The notes beneath the pieces are model-generated. The model was given only the letters and a program-made list of their open reading frames with translations, ran no database searches and was not told the DNA's origin. From the human T2T-CHM13v2.0 reference genome, Homo sapiens, in assembly GCF_009914755.1 (NCBI RefSeq), contig NC_060935.1: a stretch of DNA of 64,000 bases; one strand, 5' to 3'. Positions 1 through 9,624 of this stretch are shown here, piece after piece; positions within the stretch are counted from its first letter, which is position 1; every line of letters starts with the position of its first letter. The translations under genes and the position numbers were made by a program.

Positions 1-1691
1 AGCTGGCTAAGTAACTAACAGTGTCCATCTCAGTGTCTTAATGATAATTGCCTGGCTCAAGCCAAATATTTCATCACTGAATTCCCAGCACATTGAATTG
101 TGCCTGGAGCACAGTGGGTATACAATAAATATGTGTTGAGTTAATGAATGGTTTTGAATGTTCTCAGCCAGAACACATTCAGCATTTAGCATTAGTATAT
201 AGAATATATGAGAAAAGATATATATAAGTAAACTGTAAAAAAACAGCAGGAAACCATGTAGCCAAGATTTTTGGAACGCTGCTGATTCTGTGTAATGTAT
301 TCTTTTAAGTAAAGGCCATTCATTAAATGTATAACTACATATAATTGAAGCTTACGTCTTTTTAAGATGCTTCAATTAAATTAATTCCCAGATTTAAAGC
401 ATGTGCCCGTTAGTTAGGGTATTGATAAATACAGTCTTCTTCAGTATAGATGAAGTAAACACTCCCAATGGCCTAAAATTTTACTTTCACTACTCTCTTT
501 AGCTTAACATGCTATATTTATATTGAATTATAAATATCCCCAGGAGAGGCAGTGCTCTCATCTGTTGTCTTCCTTAATATCATTATAGGTGCAGATTAAT
601 AGCATGACAATTGTTCAAGGATTCAGTTCTCCTGTTACTTAGATGAGACAAAAGTGAAATCCATCCAGAATCCTCCCCGTATGTCTCAAGGAGGCATAAT
701 TTTCTGGCATATCTCACAGCTGCTCTCTTCTTCCTATTGCCCTGTAGCCTATCTACTCCCAGTCAACATGATGGCAGACCCTAGCTAAGAGCTAAAAGGT
801 AGTCCAGAGAATCTAGATGCTACCAATGACTCCTGAGCTGCTGCTTTTACCAGCGTTCCTCTCGTACTCAGGTTGACAACTCCATCTACTGAACTACTCC
901 ATTGAGTAGATTAAGGGAACCAGGCAGTTGCTGTGAGAAGCACAATCAAACACTAGATTCTCAGTTCTGGAGCCATCACTTCTAAATATAAATCCATGGC
1001 ATGTCTCCAAGCTTTGCATTCTGCAGCTGTAAATAACAGGTACATATAGCTACACATATTGGAGATACAAATACAGTCATATCACTTTTAGTAGCTTTAT
1101 TAGTAGTAAAAATTATCCAAGCTCTTGAGTATTCTTATTCCCATAAATTATCCAAGAAACTCAAGGGAATTTGAGACCCATAAAAAGGGCCTTTCTTACC
1201 GTGGAGTAGGAAAAATGGTGTCTGAGCTGCCAGTGGGTCAGCTCTCATTTCTCTGTTGGATCTGGTTCTTTACCAAAGTTGCTGTGGATCTGCTTCTGTG
1301 ATATTTCACTGCTCCAGATCCCAGAACAGCTGCAGTGATTATCTGAGAGAGGTGAGTCCCAGTCCTTTAGAGCCAGGCACAGCCAACAATGCCCCAAAGT
1401 TGGACTTCTACCAGTTATAGATCTAGTGACCTACACTTGCAGTTCTCTATGACAGCCACTTTCCAGGAACATGATCACTCTTGGTTTTTTGTCCTCCTCC
1501 TCTTACACCCAGAACCATCCACCACTTTCTTTCCAGACTAGGTAACTGGGCCACATTTCCACTGATGGAAAAAAAAAGTCTGATTACTGCCTCTTCCTGC
1601 AGAATATGGTGGGTAGGGGGAGTTTTCTACTCTTCTAGGAGTAGCCACACAAGGACTTGAGAAGGACAAATCCCACCATTCTAAGAAAAGC

Positions 1692-1787
1692 TAGCTTCAG
1701 TGGCCCTAGACACATTTAACCTTCTAAGGGATGTTCCCTTAAGAATATCCCTTAGGAGGTTAAATGTGTCTAGGGCCACTGAAGCTA
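1692..1787. repeat. Long near-perfect inverted repeat (45-bp arms, 6-nt loop)
   Basis: Arms 1692-1736 and 1743-1787 are reverse complements with 2 mismatches; loop CCTTAA. Confidence 0.97.
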
Positions 1788-2026
1788 ATATTTCAGGTGA
1801 TTTTAAGGTGACCACATCTATCCTTCTGAATGAAGGGGAATTTTCTTTCTGTGATTCCAAGATGATTTTCTTGGAATCCAGAGAAAAGAAAAAAAAACAA
1901 AATCTCTAGTGGAGCACACTACTGCATGTCCATCTTTGTTACTGAAAGGATCAAATATGATAATGTGCAAGTATTTAACTAACCTCAGCACACTATACTA
2001 ACATTAGTTGCAGTCATAAAGGTTGG

Positions 2027-2325
2027 TGAAACAGTCTAGCATACTGGAAAGAACATAAACCAGAGGATAAAACAGACTAGAAAAATACTCCAGCTCTTCC
2101 ACTTACTATCTGTGCAACTCTGTGCATGTTACTTATCCTCTCTGAGCATTCATTTGTAAAGCATATTCATTTGTGAAATATGTATGAACATATAATATTC
2201 TGTATAATATTATATTAATAACAACTTATTGGAGTTGTGATATCAATCAAGATAACATAAGCAAAATATCTGTATTAGCCTTAGGCACAGAGTAGTAAGT
2301 TCTCAATAAATCGTAGCTCTCATTG
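2027..2325 (+). mobile_element. MIR SINE
   Basis: Core 'ccagctcttccacttactatctgtg..ttacttatcctctctgagc' and 3' end 'ggcacagagtagtaagttctcaataaat'. Confidence 0.7.
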
Positions 2326-2332
2326 CCATATT

Positions 2333-2690
2333 TGTAGCCTTTAGTCCATTTCTACTGCAATGAAAACAATACCTTAGACTGGGTAACTTATAAATAATAG
2401 AAATTTATTTATCACAGTTCTGGAGGCTGAGCAGTCCAAGATCAAAGGACCAGCAGATTCCACATCTAGTGAGGGTTGATGCCTTCTTGCTGCATCCTCA
2501 CATGGTGGAAGGGGCAAAAAGGACAAACAGCTCCCTCACTCCTGTTTTATAAGGCCATTAATTCCATTCATGAGGGGTCTGCCTTCATGATTCAATCACC
2601 TCCTAAAGGCCCCACCTCTTGATACTATCAATATTGGTGATTAAGTTTCAACATGAGTTTTGGAGGGACAAAAATATTGAAACCGTAGCA
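2333..2690 (-). mobile_element. MaLR solo LTR (MLT1A/MSTD-like)
   Basis: 'agactgggtaacttataaataatagaaatttatt..cacagttctggaggctg..tccaagatcaa..aaggccccacctc'. Confidence 0.8.
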
Positions 2691-2866
2691 AGCTTTAAAC
2701 TATAATTAATGCTTATTGAGTACAAGGTATAAGGAAACACACTTATATGTATTAGTTCATTTAATATTTATCTGTGTCACAGTTATTATAATGCCCATTT
2801 TTAGATAAGGCAGTTAAGTCCTAAATACAGTGGTATGTTGCCAGAATTATACAACTAGAAGGCAAC

Positions 2867-3315
2867 TGTATTAGTCAGGATTCCCTAGAGGGACAGAACT
2901 AGAAGGACAGATGTATAAATAAAGGGGAGTTTATTAAGGAGTATTGACTCACATGATCACAAGATGAGGTCCCACAATAGGCCATCTGCAAGCTGAGGAG
3001 CAAAGAAGCCAGTCCAAGTCCCAAAGCTGAAGAACTTGGAGTCTGATGTTTGATGGCAGGAAGCGTTCAGCATGGGAGAAAGATGGAGGCCAGACTAAAC
3101 CAGTCTAGTCTTTCCATGCTCTTCTGCCTGCTTTTATTCTGGCTGCACTGGCAGCTGATTAGATGGTGCCCACCCAGATTGAGGTTGAGTCTGCCTTTCC
3201 TAGTCCACTGACTCAAATATTAATCTCCTTTGGCAACACCCTCACAGACACACCCAATAGCAATACATTGCATCCTTCAATCCATTCAAGTTGACACTCA
3301 ATATTAACCATCACA
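2867..3315 (-). mobile_element. MLT2A (HERV-L) solo LTR
   Basis: TG..CA termini, MLT2A-type 'tgtattagtcagg..tcccacaataggccatctgcaagctgaggagc..aatattaaccatcaca'; 5-bp TSD GCAAC (2862-2866, 3316-3320). Confidence 0.9.
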
Positions 3316-3339
3316 GCAACCAAGGAATCATTTGTATAG

Positions 3340-3740
3340 AACTATGTATGCTAGCTACGTAACAAACCACCCCATACTCAGTGAATTACAACAGCATTTA
3401 GTGGCATGCTCAGGCATCTGCAGGCCAATTGTGATTTATCTGATCTAGGCTATTCTAGGCTGGGTGGCTTTGTTTCAGGTTGCAGATTGCAGATCTGCCT
3501 CACACGTATTACTCTAAATCTCAAGTTACCCAGGGCATGGCCTTCCTGTGGAACATAATCAATGCACACAGGAACAGGCCCAACTACCCAAGCATATTTC
3601 AAGCTGCTGCTCCCATTACTTCAGCTAACATCCCGAAGTAGGTCACATGGTAAAGCCCAATATCAGTGTGGAAAGGAAGTATACTACCATAAAGTGGAAT
3701 GAGAGAAAAATATTTGTGGAACAATAATTTAAATTGTCAC
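3340..3740 (-). mobile_element. Old MaLR LTR (MLT1K/L-like)
   Basis: 'gtaacaaaccacccc..ctcagtg', 'gtcacatggtaaagcccaatatcagtg'. Confidence 0.55.
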
Positions 3741-4388
3741 ACCTTGTCTCACCAACTGCAGAATCTGAGCTCTTATTTATTGTCTCACAAGGCTTCTCTA
3801 CTGTTCTAAGAGAGTACCTCTCTACTCCAAAAAAAATCATTATTAAACCTCTTTTTCACTATTAATCTGCATAGGATTGAAGGTTGTTCCTTTTACTTAT
3901 TGTCTATAGGTACCTGGCTTAGCTCTTCCAAACAGCTGAAAGAGCCCAGCTGGAGGGTAAACATAAAGTTGATAGCCCATCATTCCATGCTCATCTCAAA
4001 AGCCAGGCTTTGCAGCCCTGATAAGCAACCTGCTGGGTCTACAAATCTGCCATGCTTCGCTCTGTTAAAATTTTATTGGGCACAGTATGGTAACTCAATT
4101 AATAGTGAGAATGACACTAGCAAGTGTCACCAGAATTGCAACCTATTATTTTTTCCTTAAAATCTTTTTAAATCACAAGCTGACCAAGCTCATCAGGAGC
4201 CATGTCCCTCTACAGGGCATATTTAGTCTATCCCTGTCTTCTCCATTAGTTTCCATTGCCAGAGTCCCACAACTCTGTCACCAGCTATAAGCCTCTCTCT
4301 TCTTCCAACAGCAATGCAGCCACTTCCCAAAGGAGCTAATTGAAAACACAAATCAGGCTCTTTGGCAGGATTCTGTGCTGTTGGTAGA

Positions 4389-7330
4389 TTTTTTTAATTT
4401 GTTTTTTTCCCCATGAATCAAAAATTTGCTGACTTTATTCCTTCTTCTTCCTCACAGTGGTCCTAATTTAGAAAGCATAGACACAGAAACAAGTCCCAAA
4501 GCCAGCCTGAATTACCACCTTAAACATGTATGAGGATGGATTCAAAGCCAACCAGCACCTGCCCTGAAAAAGCTGTAGGCACCTGGCCTTCCAAGGTGTC
4601 CTGGACCCCACCTGTCCCACTGGACTTGCCATTTGTGGTCCAGACTTGGAACTTCTCGGCTAACAATAGCCAAAAGTCAAAGGAAGACTAATTGTATCCA
4701 TAATCAGTTGGCTTGCCAATCTATGACCTTCAGAAAATAAAAAGTCTATTATATACAAAGTCCGATCTAGGAAAGCTGAATGATTGGGAATCGTCACAGT
4801 GCTATTTACATTCTTTTTCCAATCTTTTTAAGTTAAAGTCCAGATGGGCATGAATGATGATCTTTATTAAATACACATATTTTTCAAGGTTAAAGAGATC
4901 CATGTCATTAGAAAAGAGAAGATAAACATACTTCAGAGTTTCTCCCCCAAAGAAATTTTCCATCTGGTCTCTTGATTTGGATTATGAAGATTATCAATGG
5001 AAGGGCAGTCATCTGAACGGATGGAGGTATACTTGTTGAAGCACTGCAGGATCTCCTATCCCCTATCTCGGCAATTTCTGTCCCAGTTGAACTGGTACAG
5101 ATATAACAGGCATTCCATTGTTTCTGGGCATAGCAGACTGAGACTGTCTTCAAGCCAGACTCCTACATCCCTATGGCTATCTTTGGAGTTAACATTGAAA
5201 TAAAACTTTTAGGCTCAGTCCAGTCTTAAAGTAATAATACCACTGGTAACACATCTTCCTAAAAGCTTTAATTCCACATGGTCATTGGGCCATCCATAGG
5301 GAACACCCAAGCCAGAGTCTCAGGCAAAAAACACACTAAGCAATCTACCTTGGTTCCAAATTTGCCATTGACAGCTTCCCCCATGAAAGTCAATTTGTTG
5401 GGCTCAGACTGCTGAAGCAAGTGGTTTTGTATTCCTTCTGTGATTTCAACATAGTCTTCTAACAACTGAAATTTTTTCTTCTTACTTGGATCTACTGCTT
5501 TCGCAGATACTCATAGTAACTATCAGTTCTGGCTCCAAGAATGAAGACATTGACAGGAGTAAAGAAGCCACTGGTAGTACAAATGAATTGGGCACTAGCC
5601 TATCATTCTTCCCAGGCAGAAAATGTACAAATGTACATGCATTATCACTTCCATCACTGCCTTTTGAAATTTATCTCCAGTGAGACAAGAAGGTTCTCTG
5701 AACTCAACTCCAATGGAGTTGTTGTCACTTCTGACACCACACCAACATCTGATTAGACCTCACCTGTGACAAAGTTTACAAGTAGGGAATCTTGGAGGAA
5801 GTTCTGAATGCAGGCATTAGCCAAATTCCATTATCTTTAGCTTTTACCAAAAAGAAGCTATCTCAGAAAGAAGTCTATCCAATATATGGAGAGTGATCGC
5901 AAAGAGATTTATCTCCACATTTTTTTGAAACTTTAAATTGACACCCATTACTTGGCTCCTTCATATTTTTTTGTAGACCCATAATCTACCTGGTGTCCAG
6001 GGAATCAATCAAGTTAGGCCAAGACCATACACCTCATTGAATGATTTGGATACTGGTTTGGACTCATGATAACCCCAAGTAAACTTCCTATATCCTACTG
6101 GCTTGAGCTTATTGTGGCCTCAAGCAAGCTTCCTGTATCATTTCTTTGGAGCAGTTGTCACTATGCATTGGCTGCCAATTTGTGTGAGTCCTGGGAGACA
6201 GAACATACTTACATGCAACATGTTACATGAAGCAGATTTGTTACTTATAGATAAGCAGCAAGGAACAAAAGAAACTTAAAATCCATGTAAGCAGGTCCCT
6301 GTGGCTCAAGAAAGCTGCTCAGGGCAGGTGGAGTCTCAACTGCACATGCCCCACTTGCAACACAGCCAAGGCACCTGGAAAAGCAGCCCACCCTGGTTAG
6401 ATATCTCACGGCCAAAAGGACTCACTGGGCAAAGCTCTAAAGGATATCCTGCTTCCAGGGGGAGGAAGAACAAAGCTAGGGCTTACCTGGGCAGTTTCTC
6501 CCTAACTCAAGATGATACATTCCCTAGGAGGGACAGGAACAAGGCCTAGGGTTTTTTGGGCAGTTCCTCCCTATCTCAGGCTTCTAGAGTTACTTTCAAA
6601 CACTACAAGCAAAAAAAGGCAGGAGAACTGGGTCCATCCAAGGCCACACAGACAATTATCCTACACTTTCCACGCAATGGAAGGCACTTATCACAGGTTT
6701 CTGGCACTCATTTGGAGGAGCTTATTCTTTCTACATTTTGGCTTCCACTGATGCCAACTTGCTGGGGCCTCTGCTTTTCTGGAGAGGCTTCTGCTAGTCC
6801 TCAATTACTGCTCCCACCAGCTAAGGACCTCTCTCAAAATATTATCTTCCTTGTGACTTTGTCTCCATTTTTCCTCCTCCTTCTTGCTAACATCCTACCT
6901 CTCATACTTCAGGAAGCAGAAATGCTCTCGAGGTATCTAAGCTAAAATCTCAGGGAAATCTTTCAAGCAATCATCTGCTTTGTGGGGAGCCTTGAAGCAG
7001 GAGGATTTGGGGGCTTCAATCTGTTGCATTTTCTGCTCTTCTGATAATGTGCCAGTCAGAGCTCTCCCATGGTCTTTTAAGTGGACGTAGGAAAAGAGTT
7101 CATAGCCAGTCAGAAAGACTAAAAGGAAAACAATTCCGTTTTAATGAAACCGCGATGGTAACTTCCATTTCCTTCAATATAAACACAGCCTCCTCCCTCC
7201 AATATAAACACAGCCTCCACCTTCTGTTGCTGTAAGAATCACTGAAGTGAAAATCAGGAGGTGACAGGCAACGGTCCATGGCAGTGGCGCTGGGGGGCAG
7301 AAGTTCCGCTTCCGGCTTCGCAGCTGCAGC
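4389..7330 (-). pseudogene. MAN1B1: Processed (intronless) pseudogene derived from MAN1B1, ER mannosyl-oligosaccharide alpha-1,2-mannosidase (GH47); symbol given is the parent gene
   Basis: Manual minus-strand translation is colinear with MAN1B1 from N to C terminus: Kozak ATG at 7279 (gccactgccATGg); 'WRKWKLPSRFH*NGIVFLLVFL..SEEQKM' (cf. [28 protein letters not shown]); '[21 protein letters not shown]'; '[30 protein letters not shown]' (ORF 5268-5465); 'LLCPETMECLLYLYQ'; '[23 protein letters not shown]'; 'PIWTLT*' with stop at 4828-4830. No introns, many stops and frameshifts. Minus-strand AATAAA at 4434-4439 is followed by an A-rich tract at 4389-4408 (possible decayed tail). Confidence 0.93.
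6181..6650 (-). mobile_element. Ancient ERVL-type solo LTR (LTR40-like) inserted in the MAN1B1 retrocopy
   Basis: Interrupts MAN1B1 homology between the 'AWK' and 'GYRK' motifs; TGTGTG..CACACA termini; similar flanks GCCAATT/GACAATT; sequence resembles the LTR40 family as recalled. Confidence 0.65.
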
Positions 7331-7505
7331 TCCAGAGGTTCCTCTCACAACTCACCTTGACTGTAGCACTGAGTCTGCGCCTTGCAGTTCTGCTTGGCCA
7401 ATTCTTAAACAGGGGTGAATAGCCATTGGGCATATCCAAGACCTATGGTTTAATAGCACTGGTTGGCACTTGCTGTTTCGAGACTATTTTCACAATGGAC
7501 CAATG
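7270..7505 (-). promoter_or_regulatory. Promoter-like patch upstream of the MAN1B1 retrocopy
   Basis: Local CpG cluster; tandem ETS/GABP-type motif CCGGAAGCGGAA (7304-7315, minus); CCAAT pentamers at 7398-7402, 7425-7429 and 7500-7504; consensus donor AAG|GTGAGT at 7356/7355 (minus). Activity is inferred only. Confidence 0.4.
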
Positions 7506-7584
7506 AAAAATAGCATTTCATAGGGAGCCAGAGGGCCTTCCTTTGCACATTGATGTCTGAAGGAAGCCCCCAGGAGCTTTCCTT

Positions 7585-7786
7585 CCGTGGTTCTCAAACT
7601 TCAGAGTGGCTGAGAATCACCTGAAAGGTTATTGAAACACAGGTCCCTGGTCCCCACTCCCAGAAATTCTGAATTAGTACATCTAGGGTAGAGAGGAGAC
7701 TGCATTTCCAGCAAGTTTCACCAGCATCAGGTGATGCTGATGCTGATGTTGCTGGGTCCACAGACCACTCTTTCAGAACCACTGCT
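7585..7786. mobile_element. MER5A (hAT-Charlie)
   Basis: 'gtggttctcaaact..agaatcacctg..gagaaccactg'-type termini and body. Confidence 0.8.
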
Positions 7787-8347
7787 CTGATGCCAGGCAG
7801 TTCAGGGGGCCACAGGTTTGAGGAGCCCAAAGATAGCAAGACTTAGGACCATCTTTTAACTCTTTCAGCCAAAACAAGAACTCTTTTTGTGTTTTACAAA
7901 AACCTGCATGAGATTTCATTTGGGTACGGTTCCTGCAGTAAAAATGGTTTGACAACCACTTCTCTAGGAGGCATCAAAACTTGGGATTGTGCAAACTAAA
8001 GACAGAGAAAGAGTAACTTACCTCAAGAATATCAGAGGCAAGAACACATTCATTAACTCAGCAAAAGTTGAAGGGTTATGAAAAGCTAAAAGGTTATGCA
8101 TGTTGCTGAGGTGGAAAAACCAGAGGCCTACTCTGGGACTCACATCTGTATAATAAGATAAACATGCAAATGATAGGTTGGTGAGGTGAAGGATATGTTA
8201 ACTAGTTTCATGTAATCTTTCTACAATGATCAAAACCCCACATCGCACACAATAAATGCATATAATTATTATTTGTCAGTTAAATAAATAAATAACAAAT
8301 GAGTACAACTGTTACATAGTTGCTATGACAGAGGCCTCTTTATGAAA

Positions 8348-8545
8348 AACAGAAATGGTTAGCATGTGGCTCACATACTATCCTTCCACCTCCTATTCCA
8401 GAAAAGATTTTACTAATTAATCGTAATATTCCTCCCAAGAGGTCCCAGATGTGACCTCAGAATCCTTCTCAACACATTAAAACACTGAGCCACAAACAAT
8501 TGATTAAAGGTAGCATTCAAGTTGAAATTTGTGTGCTATCGTTGA
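8348..8545. mobile_element. Old hAT DNA transposon (MER117-like)
   Basis: 'cctcagaatccttctcaacac' and 'actaattaatc' resemble the recalled consensus; highly diverged. Confidence 0.4.
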
Positions 8546-9624
8546 TCCAAGTTCTGGTAAGAATATTTCACAATTCCATCTGTGTAAGTTTAGGAAATAA
8601 TTCATAAAGAGGATGGTACTTGATAGAATCTTGAAAGCTAAATACATGATACATAGGTGTCAAGAAGAGTGAAGAAGGGAGGAGGTGGTGATGGAGTATT
8701 CCAGCAGATGTAAAGAATAAAATTCATTACAAAGATTAACAAGTGAATGGTAAGTTGGCCAGCAATTCTAGACCATGGCTTCGTAGATGTTTTATGTGAA
8801 AGAAAAGAGAGTTTATTAAAGGTACCTAGACGTGTGTGCAGGGAGGGTCAATGGACATTTTTTTAAAACCTGACTAGATTATGTTTCTGGGCTGTGGAGA
8901 AGGATGTAGAGAGAAAGTTTGAAAAAAATAGGCAAGAAAAGAGAATATAATGAACAAGTCCTCAGAGAAAACCTAAGGCCAGTATTCTCTCCCAGCATTG
9001 CTTTGAGGTTGTCTGATCCCTACTCCTAATAGGGTGGCTGTGGTGGAAGCACGCATGCACAGCCAGGTGTCTAGTGCACAGGCACAGAGAGGAAATGCCA
9101 AACATCAACTCAGAGGGAGACCAAGCTTGAACCACAGAAGCATACCAAGAATAGCTTAGGGTGGGAGGGCCAGGGGACTAGGGAAGTCAAGAATGAAAAG
9201 CTTCTTCTCTGAGACAGCAAAAAGGCAGTGGTCTGGAGGAATTCTAAAAGGAAAAAAAAAAAAAAAGAAAAGATCACATGTCCATTGGGACTCTGCCCTC
9301 AACAAAGGTCTGGATGGGAAAACCAACAACATTTTAAAGATGGATGAAACAGACAGAAGTATAGTAAACAGGTTGTGTTTTAAGATCATGACCAATTCTT
9401 TTTCTTTTTTTTTTTTTTGGTCACTTTGCAGTACTTTATTAATTATAGGAGGTTTGAGTACTCTCAATCTTCGTTTTCAAATTTTCATGCCCATTCCGAA
9501 GAATTTAGTCTTCCACATGAACTTAAGGAAGTTCCTTGAACCTCCACTACCACCTTACATTTAAAATGGGTTTTGAGTATGATACACCTAAAGAATAAAT
9601 TCAATAGGTAAATATTAACATCGT

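Noticed and set aside
6556-6945. 129-aa plus-strand ORF with a hydrophobic C-terminus
   Set aside because: Antisense to the pseudogene stem region and partly within an LTR; no recognisable protein.
7100-7348. 82-aa minus-strand ORF as an independent gene
   Set aside because: It is the 5' end of the MAN1B1 retrocopy and is read out of frame after the 25-bp duplication.
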